Below, piece by piece: positions 7,772 through 17,333 of a DNA stretch of 64,000 nt. The translations under genes were made by a program, and so were the position numbers. The stretch covers positions 352,001 through 416,000 of the forward strand of contig CAWHBU010000006.1 in assembly GCA_963827685.1 (NCBI GenBank), read 5' to 3'. The DNA comes from an uncultured delta proteobacterium. GTDB lineage: Bacteria > Desulfobacterota > BSN033 > UBA1163. The notes under the pieces are model-generated. The model had not been told where the DNA came from and ran no database searches. It saw nothing but the letters and a program-made list of their open reading frames with translations. The first letter of the stretch is position 1. Each line of letters begins with the position of its first letter.

Positions 7772-9349
7772 TCAAGCAACCCATAGGGTATGCAGTGACG
7801 TCCCCGTATCGTCTACCATCAATTTTGGGATGTCTTTTTGAAGGTCCCAGGGAACAAAGAAAGTCAGGTCGTCAATCTCCTCATGGAGGCTTGAATCACA
7901 TACCTTTCGCAGCCATTCTTTGATCTCATTGATCATCATGACCACCATACGGTCAATTCCCACCGCATGATTCATCTCCTTCAAATATGGAGAGGTTCTC
8001 AGTTGATCCAGACCCTCCTCCAAGTGGATTCCTTCTACCTTCCTGCGGAGGATGTAAACATTTCCTCTGTCCTGAAGGATCACAAGGGGTGGGTTGATCT
8101 GAACACTTGCCTGGTGAAAGCGCACCCCAGAAATGGTTTCGGCGATTTTCGGGAGGAACCTCTTCTTCTTTTCGATGGAGGAAAGAAAACGAGGAGAGGT
8201 TCTTTCAAAGATATACTCCACCCCGTCGTGACGAAATTCCTTCAACTTCGTCGGGTCAAACCCCAATTCGAGGAGATCTGAAATGTTCATACGGGGAGAT
8301 CGTACATCTCTTTTTCTCTCCTCCCACCAAGAGAGGTAGGGTCGTCTATACAGAGGAAGACCCTCGATATAAAGGGTGGGGTCTTCTTTCAGTTCCTGGG
8401 GGAGATGACCAATGATCTCTTTCTCTCCCCATATCTCAGCCTTCCCTTCTTTCGCCCACCAGAGGGAATACGGCTGAATGGGCAGGTTCTTGATCGGGTC
8501 TGAGATGGAGATTTGATCGAGGGACTCTCCGCCCGTATAACCGAGAAGGGATGCAATTCGTCTGCGGAATCCAAGCACTTTCGTGACGAATTTAGTAAAC
8601 ATGAAATGCATAAAGGGAGTCGAAGTCCTGGTTGAGATTTCCATTTCGAAAAGATGTTCCAATGCCTCGTAGACAGCACGAAATTCCATAATCGTCCGTT
8701 TGACCATGGCCTCGTTGTCTTGCATATCGATAATGGGTCTTCTTTTCTTCACTTTGAAGAGGAGCTTGATCAGCTTTCCCCTTAGATCAGGAACGTTTAG
8801 GGTGGCTGGGATGAAGACCATGTAGTTCTCGTCACCATTGACACGACGATCACCGATCAGCTCTTCGATACACTTCCAACCGAGTTTGGTGTAAATGTCG
8901 TAGGTTGGATCATCGGGCGGGATGATATTATCAAGAAGACAGATGACCTCTTGACCCTCTGCAAAGGCTCTAAAGGTCTGAAGGATCTTTTGGCCCAGTC
9001 CTCTGTTGCGAAAAGGAAGCATGACCTCCACATAGACTAAGTAGTAACAGGGAATGGGCTTTCTGAGGTAGATCATATTGAGGTATCCCAGAACCTCTCC
9101 TTCTTCTGTATGGATCTCAAAGGTGTGGAAGAGATGATGACGCTCCTGGGGTCTTAAGCGCTCCACCTTCGTCCCATGGACGGTCCTGTCGACTAACTCA
9201 TCAAGCCCTTCAAAAGCGTCATAAGGGAACAAGGAGGCAAACTCCCTGGGATGATCTTCCAGGGTTAGATCGATCACTGCAAGAACGTCCTTCAAGCCTA
9301 TGCGTGCTTTCTTAAACCTTTCCCTGATTTCTACGACCTCTGATTTCAT
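7772..9349 (-). CDS. GNAT-domain protein with long C-terminal extension (525 aa)
   Basis: Acetyl-CoA motif A VEVMLPFRNRGLG and IYTKLGW; starts 13 bp after the pheA stop. Confidence 0.65.
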   Translation of the reverse strand: MKSEVVEIRERFKKARIGLKDVLAVIDLTLEDHPREFASLFPYDAFEGLDELVDRTVHGTKVERLRPQERHHLFHTFEIHTEEGEVLGYLNMIYLRKPIPCYYLVYVEVMLPFRNRGLGQKILQTFRAFAEGQEVICLLDNIIPPDDPTYDIYTKLGWKCIEELIGDRRVNGDENYMVFIPATLNVPDLRGKLIKLLFKVKKRRPIIDMQDNEAMVKRTIMEFRAVYEALEHLFEMEISTRTSTPFMHFMFTKFVTKVLGFRRRIASLLGYTGGESLDQISISDPIKNLPIQPYSLWWAKEGKAEIWGEKEIIGHLPQELKEDPTLYIEGLPLYRRPYLSWWEERKRDVRSPRMNISDLLELGFDPTKLKEFRHDGVEYIFERTSPRFLSSIEKKKRFLPKIAETISGVRFHQASVQINPPLVILQDRGNVYILRRKVEGIHLEEGLDQLRTSPYLKEMNHAVGIDRMVVMMINEIKEWLRKVCDSSLHEEIDDLTFFVPWDLQKDIPKLMVDDTGTSLHTLWVA

Positions 9350-9362
9350 CGTTTCTTGATTT

Positions 9363-10442
9363 CTACTGTGAACGTTGAGGATAGGAGCCCAGGAGCTTTA
9401 AGAAAAGGGCGTTCCGGCCCAGGTCGCTCATGACCTCACCAATCGGTGCGTCCGTGGCATGGCCTTCTATATCGACAAAGAAGATATATTCCCACGGCTT
9501 CCCTTTGATGGGACGGGATTCGATCTTCGTCAGGTTAATCCCCTTCTCGGAGAAGGGCTTGAGGGCCTGGTAGAGAGAGCCTGGCGCATGGGAGATTGAG
9601 AAAAGGATGGAGGTCTTATCCTTTCCAGTCCTTGGGCTGGGTTGAAGGCCAATGACCAGAAAACGCGTGTAGTTGTTAAGGTAGTCCTCAATCTGTGATT
9701 CTACAACTCTCAGACCATAGAGATGGCCGGCCAGGAAACTGGCAATGGCTGCCACTTTCCCATTCTCAACGGCCATCTGCGCCGCCTTCGCCGTGCTCAC
9801 TGTCTCGGCCACCTCAACATGAGGGAAGCTTTTTCTCAACCACTTTCGGCATTGCTCTAAGGCCGAGGGATGAGAATAGATCTTTCGGATGTCTTCTGAC
9901 CTTCCACTTTGAGAAAGAAGGTGATGCGAGACCTGAATCATCACTTCCCCACAGATCATCACTTCTGACTCGATCAACATATCTAAGGTTTGATTCACCG
10001 ATCCTTCAGTGGAATTTTCTATGGGCACGATTCCATAATTCGCCCTCTTCCTCTCCACCGCTTCAAAGACCTCTTGGATGCTTTCTTTGGGCTGTGTTTG
10101 AATGGAGCTCCCAAAATATTCGAAGCAAGCTAAGTGAGTGTGGGTGGCGGGTGGACCGAGATACGCCACGGCAAACTCGGTTTCCAGAGAGCGGCACGCT
10201 GAGATGATTTCTCGAAAGACAGGGAAAATGCCCTGCTTGGGGAACCGGCCATTGTTTTGTAAGACCAAGGCCCCGAGAACCTCGTCCTCCCTCTGAGAGT
10301 CGTAGGACTCCATCTTGCCTTCTGATTTTATCTTACCCACTTCCATGACGATCTCTGCCCGCTCGTTCAAAAGGCGGAGGATCTGTCTGTCCACTGTCTC
10401 GATCTTCTGGCGAAGGGGCTTGATCTTTTCTTCTGTCTCCAT
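9363..10442 (-). CDS. pheA: Chorismate mutase/prephenate dehydratase (P-protein)
   Basis: AroQ N-terminus, VAYLGP..TH, ENSTEG, NYTRFL and ACT-domain LTKIESRP; start revised to ATG 10442. Confidence 0.92.
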   Translation of the reverse strand: METEEKIKPLRQKIETVDRQILRLLNERAEIVMEVGKIKSEGKMESYDSQREDEVLGALVLQNNGRFPKQGIFPVFREIISACRSLETEFAVAYLGPPATHTHLACFEYFGSSIQTQPKESIQEVFEAVERKRANYGIVPIENSTEGSVNQTLDMLIESEVMICGEVMIQVSHHLLSQSGRSEDIRKIYSHPSALEQCRKWLRKSFPHVEVAETVSTAKAAQMAVENGKVAAIASFLAGHLYGLRVVESQIEDYLNNYTRFLVIGLQPSPRTGKDKTSILFSISHAPGSLYQALKPFSEKGINLTKIESRPIKGKPWEYIFFVDIEGHATDAPIGEVMSDLGRNALFLKLLGSYPQRSQ

Positions 10443-10522
10443 TTCATCAATACGCCTAATCCGAGCAACTAAGAGCTTATCCTTAAATAGTAAGTAATGG
10501 TTGTTCCTAATATCCCGCTTCA

Positions 10523-10565
10523 AATCCCCCCTCCCCCCCTTTACTAAAGGGGGGGGAAGTTATTT
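10523..10565. repeat. CCCCCTTT-N-AAAGGGGG palindromic intergenic repeat
   Basis: Related copies at about 25677-25722, 39498-39543 and 58593-58662. Confidence 0.6.
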
Positions 10566-10580
10566 GTGATCTTTCATGCC

Positions 10581-11573
10581 TTACTTTTCAAGGATGGTCT
10601 CCTCAACCTGAACGCCGAAATGCCTTCCTGTCTTCTCACGATAGACGAGAACCTCGCTCCCCTTTTTGAGATCGATGAGCGAAACCGCTTTCCCGGAGGG
10701 ATCGGCAAGACAGATCGTTTCTGCATTCTGCAAGATGACCGAAACGGTCTGGCCCCTTTCCTCAGCTTCCACCAAAGCCAGGGGGCGCCTTTCTATCTTC
10801 ACCCTTCCTACCACGGCCGGATAACTTTTGCCTTTAAAATTTACGACTAATACCCGATCGCCAGATCTGATCTCTGAAAGATATTTTGTCTGCCCGTCGG
10901 CCAGGCGAATATAGGCATGCACGGGTCCTGCATTCACTCGGAAAGGCCGGGTATTCACAAAGGGATTCTCGACACTTTCGGAATGAACCAGGAAGAGGGC
11001 CTGGCTGCTATTCCCGACCAACATCCCTTCGCCAAGGGTCATTGAAGTGCACGTGTCCACGCAGACCCGATCCCCCAGGCCAAGTGGCTCGATGCGTTTA
11101 ATCTTGGCCGGCAAAAGTTCGAATGTTTCGCTCTTGCTTTTAAGAAGCTGGACGATATGCCGCACGGCATCAGGGTCAGGATTATTGATCACCACTCCAT
11201 CCACTCCCTTTTCGAGGATGCCCAGAGCCGTCTCTCCTCCTTTTAAACTATCAACCTCGACGAAGAGGTTATTCGCCTTACTCAACAAATTCTCCAGAGG
11301 GATGATCGTCCAATCGACTCCTCTTACCACCACCTTCTTAGAAAGACTGAGGGCAATGACCTCTTCTTCGTCCTTTTTCTCCCTGATCTCTTTTTCCACC
11401 ACATCGCGGCCCAATACCAAATCCCCGTCCTCGGCCACGGTCGCGATGATGCCCATCTTCCTCACCTCTGATCTCATTCCAGCAGGGACCCAGAGGGCAT
11501 CGGCCCCAGCCTCCACGGCAACCAAGGCGACCTCCTTGCTCCAGGGTACGGCTTTTACCCATACCTTTTTCAT
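10581..11573 (-). CDS. 3-dehydroquinate synthase II (archaeal-type AroB')
   Basis: [35 protein letters not shown] and GRHFG motifs. Confidence 0.92.
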   Translation of the reverse strand: MKKVWVKAVPWSKEVALVAVEAGADALWVPAGMRSEVRKMGIIATVAEDGDLVLGRDVVEKEIREKKDEEEVIALSLSKKVVVRGVDWTIIPLENLLSKANNLFVEVDSLKGGETALGILEKGVDGVVINNPDPDAVRHIVQLLKSKSETFELLPAKIKRIEPLGLGDRVCVDTCTSMTLGEGMLVGNSSQALFLVHSESVENPFVNTRPFRVNAGPVHAYIRLADGQTKYLSEIRSGDRVLVVNFKGKSYPAVVGRVKIERRPLALVEAEERGQTVSVILQNAETICLADPSGKAVSLIDLKKGSEVLVYREKTGRHFGVQVEETILEK

Positions 11574-12370
11574 GCCTTCACCTCTAACTTCCTTCGCTTT
11601 TCTTCAAACACGGTGCTACTGTGAACAATTCTGCAAATGGTTTGAACCATCTTCTCCGGGTCCTTGTGCTGGAAAACGTTTCTGCCAATGGAGACTCCTG
11701 CTCCCCCTGCGGCCATCGCACCCTTGATCATGTCGATGATATCCTCATCGTTACCCATCTTCTCCCCACCTGCAATGACCACCGGAACAAAACATCCTTC
11801 CACCACTTCCCTGAAGCTATCTGCAGAACCCGTATAGACCACCTTGATAATATCTGCTCCCAGCTCAGCTCCTACTCGAGCGGCATGTTTCACCAGTTTT
11901 ACGTCATATTCATTCCGCACCTTGGGACCCCTCGTGTACATCATTGCTAAAAGCGGCATCCCCCATTCGGAAGCCACCTTAGCGACCCTCCCCAGGTCCT
12001 CTAACATGGATCTCTCATCTTCCGATCCGAGGTTCACATGGATCGAGACTGCATCCGCTCCTAACTTGATTGCCTCTTCCACCGTGCATACAATGGTTTT
12101 GGAGCTTGGATCAGGCGCCAGCTGTGTGCTCGCAGAGAGGTGAACGATCAACCCCACATCCCTTCCCTTTCTCCTGTGACCCGCCTCAACCAATCCCTTG
12201 TGGAGAATAATGGCATTGGCTCCTCCAATCGCTACGGCATTAATCGTCTCTTGCATATTGATCAACCCAGCGACTGGCCCAATGGTCACTCCGTGATCCA
12301 TGGGAACGATGACTGTCTTACCTGAATTCCTGTCCATGATACGTTCCATACGAATCTTTTTCCCAATCAT
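11570..12370 (-). CDS. 2-amino-3,7-dideoxy-D-threo-hept-6-ulosonate synthase (archaeal-type AroA', DhnA-type class I aldolase)
   Basis: [24 protein letters not shown] motifs; overlaps the DHQ synthase II start. Confidence 0.88.
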   Translation of the reverse strand: MIGKKIRMERIMDRNSGKTVIVPMDHGVTIGPVAGLINMQETINAVAIGGANAIILHKGLVEAGHRRKGRDVGLIVHLSASTQLAPDPSSKTIVCTVEEAIKLGADAVSIHVNLGSEDERSMLEDLGRVAKVASEWGMPLLAMMYTRGPKVRNEYDVKLVKHAARVGAELGADIIKVVYTGSADSFREVVEGCFVPVVIAGGEKMGNDEDIIDMIKGAMAAGGAGVSIGRNVFQHKDPEKMVQTICRIVHSSTVFEEKRRKLEVKA

Positions 12371-12397
12371 GATTCCTTTCCTCCTTTGTCCAAAATT

Positions 12398-12430
12398 AAA
12401 AAAGCCGTGAGAGGAATTTTCCCACGGCTT
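12398..12430 (-). terminator. Second (downstream) intrinsic terminator of the aro attenuator
   Basis: AAGCCGTGGGAAAATTCCTCTCACGGC followed by TTTTTT. Confidence 0.8.
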
Positions 12431-12435
12431 AAAAT

Positions 12436-12472
12436 AAAAAGGCCGTGGGTAGTTTCGATCTACCCACGGCCT
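12436..12472 (-). terminator. First intrinsic terminator of the aro attenuator
   Basis: AGGCCGTGGGTAG-ATCGAAA-CTACCCACGGCC followed by TTTTT. Confidence 0.85.
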
Positions 12473-12492
12473 CCACCAGCTAAATCTAATTT

Positions 12493-12588
12493 CTAACGAT
12501 CAGCCAGCCGCAGCGGGTAGACTTGGGCATAATAAAACCAATAAAAGTTAAACCCTCTGCTAAAATTGAAAAGACGAAGCTGATCCAC
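12493..12588 (-). CDS. Aromatic amino acid attenuator leader peptide (M)[30 protein letters not shown]
   Basis: GTG start after GAAGGTGGAAG; FYWFYY codon run; followed by an antiterminator-complementary segment and terminators. Confidence 0.8.
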   Translation of the reverse strand: MDQLRLFNFSRGFNFYWFYYAQVYPLRLADR

Positions 12589-12610
12589 CTTCCACCTTCT
12601 ATTCAAAAGA

Positions 12611-12639
12611 CTTCTAACACAGCCCAAATGCTTTGTCAA
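12611..12639 (-). promoter_or_regulatory. Sigma70-type promoter of the aro leader
   Basis: TTGACA-17 bp-TAGAAG with a TG extension. Confidence 0.6.
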
Positions 12640-12692
12640 GAAATATGTTCGAAAAACCATTTCGCACCGATGAGAACCGAGAAGGAGTCCCT

Positions 12693-13202
12693 TCACAGAC
12701 GTGCCAAGATCAATAGATTTGTCCCTTTATCCACGTCCTGGCCTTCCTTCACCAGGACCTCTTTCACTTTTCCTTGAATCGGAGAGGGGATAGGCATTTC
12801 CATCTTCATGGCCTCGATAATGATGAGTACCTGGTCAATTTCTACTGTCTCTTCTTCCTCAATCAGAATTTTGATCACTTTACAGGCCAAGGGTGAGGCC
12901 AAGACTTCTTTCTCAGGTATACCAACTGCTTCTTTTCCGGGGAGAAGTGCCATCTTATCCGGCCGAAGGATTTCCCCCCGGTAATTCCCTCCTTTTATGA
13001 AGGCCTCGTAGACATCCCCTTCCTCCACGATATCCACTTCATAGGATTTTCCGTCGCAGATCATGGAGAAAAGATTGTCTGAGACCTCCAAGACATCGAC
13101 CAAATGGGTACGATCCATAGAGGAAATTTGATAGAGGTGATCTCCCAATGGCTCCACTTGAACGGAACAAATCCCTTCCTCTGTTTTAATTTTATATTCC
13201 AT
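12693..13202 (-). CDS. Biotin carboxyl carrier protein
   Basis: EAMKME biotinylation motif; start revised to ATG 13202 (MEYKIK). Confidence 0.88.
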   Translation of the reverse strand: MEYKIKTEEGICSVQVEPLGDHLYQISSMDRTHLVDVLEVSDNLFSMICDGKSYEVDIVEEGDVYEAFIKGGNYRGEILRPDKMALLPGKEAVGIPEKEVLASPLACKVIKILIEEEETVEIDQVLIIIEAMKMEMPIPSPIQGKVKEVLVKEGQDVDKGTNLLILARL

Positions 13203-14633
13203 GCTCGGTCTCCTTCTGATCTTTCTCATAGGCCCGGATGGCAGCGGCAATACAGGCCAACTCCTGGAAGGAATCATGGGTCTCCCTTTTCTTTTGGAAA
13301 TACTCCTCCTCGAGAAAGTGGGTATCGAAATCTCCCTGAATGAACCGTTGATTGTTGACAAGCCAGCGGTGAAAGGGAATCGTGGTCTTAATCCCCTTGA
13401 TGACTAATTCCTGGAGAGCTCGATCCATTCGCAAAATGGCCTCTTGGCGATTTCTTCCCCAAACAATGACCTTGGCAATGATGGGGTCGTAGAAGATGGG
13501 AACCGTGTACCCTTCATAGATTCCAAGGTCCACCCGCACTCCGGGCCCCCGGGGATCTGAAGCCTCTCAATTCTACCCGTGGAAGGCAAAAAGTTGTCTT
13601 CGGGATCCTCCGCATAGATTCGGCAAACCAGGGAGGCCCCAATGGGTTCAACATCCTTTTGGGTCAGAGGAAGTTTCTCACCTTCCGCAATACGGATCTG
13701 GGCCTTCACAATGTCCACTCCGGTCACCATTTCCGTCACCGGATGTTCTACCTGGAGTCGGGCGTTGAGTTCCAAGTAGTAAAAATTTTTCTCACGATCC
13801 ACAAGGAATTCCACAGTCCCCGCCCCACTATATTTGATGGCGATGGCAGCAGAGAGGGCCACCCCGGCCATTCGAAGGCGGGTCGTATCATCTAGAAAAG
13901 GAGAAGGACATTCCTCTAAGATCTTTTGGTATCTCCTTTGGATAGAACATTCCCGGTCGAAGAGGTGGATGATGTTGCCGTAATGATCCGCCAAGATCTG
14001 AAACTCGATGTGGCGTGCATTCGGGATATATTTCTCCAGGTAGAGGTCATCGTTTCCGAACGACGCCTTGGCTTCTGCCCTGGCCACATTCATGGCTTGA
14101 AAAAGCTGAGCACCCTGATCCACCCGTCGGATCCCCTTGCCTCCCCCGCCCGCAACCGCTTTGATCAGAACTGGATATCCTAAAGCATTCGCAGCCTCGA
14201 GAGCCTTCTCCTTATTGTCCAGGGGACAGTGGCTTCCCGGGATCACAGTGATTTGTGCTTGGGTCATATTGGATTTAGCCCCCATCTTCCTTCCCATGGT
14301 TTCCAAGGATTCTCCGGAAGGACCGATGAAGGTGATCCCCTCCTTCTGGCACGCTTGGGCGAATTCCCGGTTTTCTGCCAAAAATCCATATCCCGGATGA
14401 ATGGCATCTGCTTTGGCTTCTCTGGCTATATCTAAAATTTTATCTCTTGCGAGGTAAGTCTCATCGGAAGGCCCGGAGCCCAAGCTGTAAGCCTCGTCTG
14501 CATAACGGACATGTAACGCCCCGCGATCCGATTCGGAATAGACGGCCACTACCGAAATCCCCAACTCATGACAGGCACGAAGAATACGAACTGCAATTTC
14601 TCCTCGATTGGCAATGAGTATCTTCTTAAACAC
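13192..14633 (-). pseudogene. accC: Biotin carboxylase subunit with a 1-bp frameshift near 13543 (real lesion or assembly error)
   Basis: ANRGEIA, HPGYGFLAEN, RLQVEHPVTE; expected PGGPGVRVD is split between two frames. Confidence 0.8.
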
Positions 14634-14827
14634 GACTTTCCCTCCCTTCTGATCTCTATAATCCTACTTTTGCTCTCTACAATTCAAATCTTTTTGCTTT
14701 AGGGTCTTCCTCAACTTCATTGCCCAAAAAAGGTTTAAGGATTCCACGGTTCAAATGATGTGAAATGAACCACTCGATTCCTTGACCCCTCGAATCCTTA
14801 TGATTGTATCAACTTTTTGAAGACGAT

Positions 14828-15976
14828 TCATATCTTCAAGCTATCCGCTATCTGCGAGGCTACGGGTGGGCATCCCTGAATAAAGGTACCCCGGCTTTTC
14901 ATCTTCGATGTACAGTTTCCTATCAGGATCGTTCCTTTCGGAAAAGCATTCAGGTGTTTCCCAATTCCGATATGAATGTTCTCATCCTCCAAACGATAGT
15001 CCGTAAGCCTTGAACGGTAATCTTGAAGAAAGACCAACAGCGTTGAAAGGCAGGCGCTGCACGATCCCTCATCATGGATGATGAGATCAGGAAAAAGAAT
15101 AGATAGTTTGGAGGGGGAAGGATTGAAAGGAAATTCCCATTTTAAATAATCCTTGGGTTTGATAGAAATCTTTTGAAGTTCGATTTTCCCCAACCCTTTT
15201 TCAGCTGATAGCTTGAGGTGAGGGACTGCCTCTGGGCTTAAGCCCATCAGCCGGGCAGCCACCGCATCGGTTGAAAGGGCATTGTTGCCAACGAGGATCA
15301 TTCCCATCTTCTTCACTTGCCCATAAGCCGGCCCCATCCCTTCCATCCCCACAGTGCCATCAATGATGGCTAAATGGGGGGAGAGGACCGAAGCCATCTC
15401 TGAGATGGCGATATCCAATTCTTTATGACCCCTGGTGATCTTCTTATCACAACGGAGTTGATGGAATCTCGCCTTTTCTCTGCGCCATAATAAACCTTTC
15501 ATATTCTTGATGCTCAGCGTGACCTGGGTGTGCATGTGGGTTTTCATCACCGGGACAGAAATAATGAAATCGAACTCCTTTAGCACAGCAGGGATTTTAA
15601 TCTTCTTAACAACTTTTCCTCCTGGGATCGTTATCTCCATTGGATCCCCCTGATCCAAATCGAGAAGCTCAACCTTTTTCTCTTCAGAGATCCCTTTCAA
15701 CCCCGTCACTTGAAACGCCTCTTTCGCATTCACTCCAAAGATACAACTCTCACCAATGACGATGCGGCGGACTCCTCTCTCTCTCAGGTGGTCGATGGTA
15801 GCAGCGACCACCTGGGGATGGGTCGTCACTCCGTCTCCAGGGGAGGCCAATCGGGCCGCATTGGGTTTGATCAGGACATTCCTTCCCTTCAGATGGGATA
15901 AGGGAACCTTTTGAAGTCCACGTTTTGCCGTGCGATAGGGATTTTCCCCTTTCGAAACGATCACCAGAGGTTCCAT
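14828..15976 (-). CDS. DUF362-domain Fe-S protein
   Basis: VLIKPN, TTHP, PVMKTH, TLSIKNMKG, IIDG..GMEG.GP, plus C-terminal CSAC, GNC and GCPP; start revised to ATG 15976 (GGAG RBS). Confidence 0.85.
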   Translation of the reverse strand: MEPLVIVSKGENPYRTAKRGLQKVPLSHLKGRNVLIKPNAARLASPGDGVTTHPQVVAATIDHLRERGVRRIVIGESCIFGVNAKEAFQVTGLKGISEEKKVELLDLDQGDPMEITIPGGKVVKKIKIPAVLKEFDFIISVPVMKTHMHTQVTLSIKNMKGLLWRREKARFHQLRCDKKITRGHKELDIAISEMASVLSPHLAIIDGTVGMEGMGPAYGQVKKMGMILVGNNALSTDAVAARLMGLSPEAVPHLKLSAEKGLGKIELQKISIKPKDYLKWEFPFNPSPSKLSILFPDLIIHDEGSCSACLSTLLVFLQDYRSRLTDYRLEDENIHIGIGKHLNAFPKGTILIGNCTSKMKSRGTFIQGCPPVASQIADSLKI

Positions 15977-15995
15977 TGACACATTCTCCACAAAC

Positions 15996-16023
15996 AAAAA
16001 AACCATAGAGAAGTCCTCTATGG
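15996..16023 (-). terminator. Second terminator of the DUF362 attenuator
   Basis: CCATAGAG-GACTT-CTCTATGG followed by a T run. Confidence 0.75.
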
Positions 16024-16031
16024 CCCTAAAA

Positions 16032-16070
16032 CAAAAGGGCCATGGATTTTAATCACCCATGGCCCTTTTG
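16032..16070 (-). terminator. First terminator of the DUF362 attenuator
   Basis: CAAAAGGGCCATGG...CCATGGCCCTTTTG followed by TTTT. Confidence 0.8.
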
Positions 16071-16085
16071 ACAATATACTATCAT

Positions 16086-16130
16086 CTAAGCGCACAGGTG
16101 AATGGCTTGACGATAATAATAATCAAACAT
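16086..16130 (-). CDS. Tyr-rich attenuator leader peptide MFDYYYRQAIHLCA (alternative in-frame ATG at 16151)
   Basis: Three consecutive TAT codons; lies between a consensus promoter and two terminators. Confidence 0.7.
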   Translation of the reverse strand: MFDYYYRQAIHLCA

Positions 16131-16168
16131 CCTCTTAGTCCCTACATCCATTTTTTTGCCTTTGTAAT

Positions 16169-16197
16169 TTTATAATTTATTAGAGAATAATTGTCAA
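16169..16197 (-). promoter_or_regulatory. Sigma70-type promoter of the Tyr leader
   Basis: TTGACA-17 bp-TATAAA. Confidence 0.7.
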
Positions 16198-16199
16198 GA

Positions 16200-16352
16200 G
16201 TGAAGCTCTCCGGCCACAGGCCGGGGCTTCCCGGGCACGCAGTGGCGAGCGGAAAGCGAGCAAATGAAATATCGTTTTAATTGTGCCCCTTAACCCCGCC
16301 TACCTGCCTACCGCAGGCAGGCAAGGCGGGGCTTGCGGGGCACTTGCCGGCC
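16200..16352. mobile_element. Non-coding GC-rich hairpin element (IS200/IS605-like MITE) with a nested 19-bp hairpin
   Basis: Two related hairpins, each followed by GGGGCTT..GGGCAC; CCTGCCTACCGCAGGCAGG (16303-16321) interrupts CCCCGCCTA|CAAGGCGGGG. Confidence 0.5.
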
Positions 16353-16475
16353 AAAAACCCTTGCCCGCCCCCAGTTTTTCCTTATCCTTTCCAGGCCGGG
16401 TGGCTTGCTCCTAAAAAACTCAGTACTTCTAAAAAACTGGGAGAGGGCAAGTTAACAGACTTTCATATGTCGAAG

Positions 16476-17333
16476 TTATGGCAGTTCCCGCGGCCTCTGG
16501 CGTTGGCGGTAAGCCTCAATATAGCGTCTTGCACGTCTATCGCGGCCGAGCATCAGATCAGCAGCCAGAATGGCTGGCCGCACCTGCGCTACATCCACAA
16601 TCAGGCAGGTAACCCCTGCGGCAACAGCCATGACGACGAAGGCACTATTGAGCAAGTCACGATCAGGCAAGCCAAAAGAGACATTGCTGGCTCCCAGTGT
16701 CAGGTTTACTCCCAATTCGGCCTTAATCCTTCGAATCGCTTCTATGACGGCTGGTCCGGAGCTGGGATCGGCTCCTACAGCGAAAGTCAGACAATCGATA
16801 ATTATGTCCTCTCGAGCAATACCCACTGTCTCAGCACGCTCGACTAATTTATGGGCAACGGCTACCCTCCGCTCTGAATCCTTTGGAATCCCCTTGTCAT
16901 CTTGCACCAAACCAATGACGGCTGCTCCATATTCTTTGACCAAAGGGAGAACTTTGGCTAAGGAGTGTTCTTCACCCGTCACCGAGTTAATGAGCGGCTT
17001 GCCTTTGTAGACTTTAAGAGCTGCCTCTAATGCCTTAGGATCAGCACTATCAAGGCACAGAGGTATATCTATTGTGTCGATCACTGCCTTCACTGCCAGG
17101 GGAAGGAGGGTCACCTCATCCACACCGAATGTCCCCACGTTGATATCAAGAATGTCCGCCCCGGCTTGTGCTTGAGCGAGGGCTTCTTTACGGACCATCT
17201 CCAGGTCGCCTGCCTTCAAAGCTTCTGCTAGTTTTTTCTTGCCCGCAGGATTGATCCTCTCGCCAATCAGTGCTGTGGGCTGGTCATCACTAATGATGAC
17301 TTCTTTCGTAGGGCTTGACACTCTGGTCTCCAT
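16476..17333 (-). CDS. Pterin-binding methyltransferase (corrinoid:tetrahydrofolate methyltransferase, AcsE/MetH-like)
   Basis: IGERINP.GKK, GADILDIN, PLCLDS, LINSVTGE, GASNVSFGLP. Confidence 0.88.
   Translation of the reverse strand: METRVSSPTKEVIISDDQPTALIGERINPAGKKKLAEALKAGDLEMVRKEALAQAQAGADILDINVGTFGVDEVTLLPLAVKAVIDTIDIPLCLDSADPKALEAALKVYKGKPLINSVTGEEHSLAKVLPLVKEYGAAVIGLVQDDKGIPKDSERRVAVAHKLVERAETVGIAREDIIIDCLTFAVGADPSSGPAVIEAIRRIKAELGVNLTLGASNVSFGLPDRDLLNSAFVVMAVAAGVTCLIVDVAQVRPAILAADLMLGRDRRARRYIEAYRQRQRPRELP

Noticed and set aside
7513-7786. Integrase remnant next to the head attI-like site
   Set aside because: Short plus-strand ORFs show no convincing IntI motif (only a trivial KSP match) and run into a palindromic repeat.
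12589-12696. 67-aa version of the aro leader ORF
   Set aside because: Its start lies upstream of the predicted promoter (12611-12639); the GTG at 12588 has a better RBS.
13535-13555. Programmed frameshift in accC
   Set aside because: No canonical slippery heptamer; a GC homopolymer context points to an indel error or mutation.
16281-16847. 188-aa plus-strand ORF
   Set aside because: Starts inside a non-coding hairpin element and overlaps the methyltransferase antisense.
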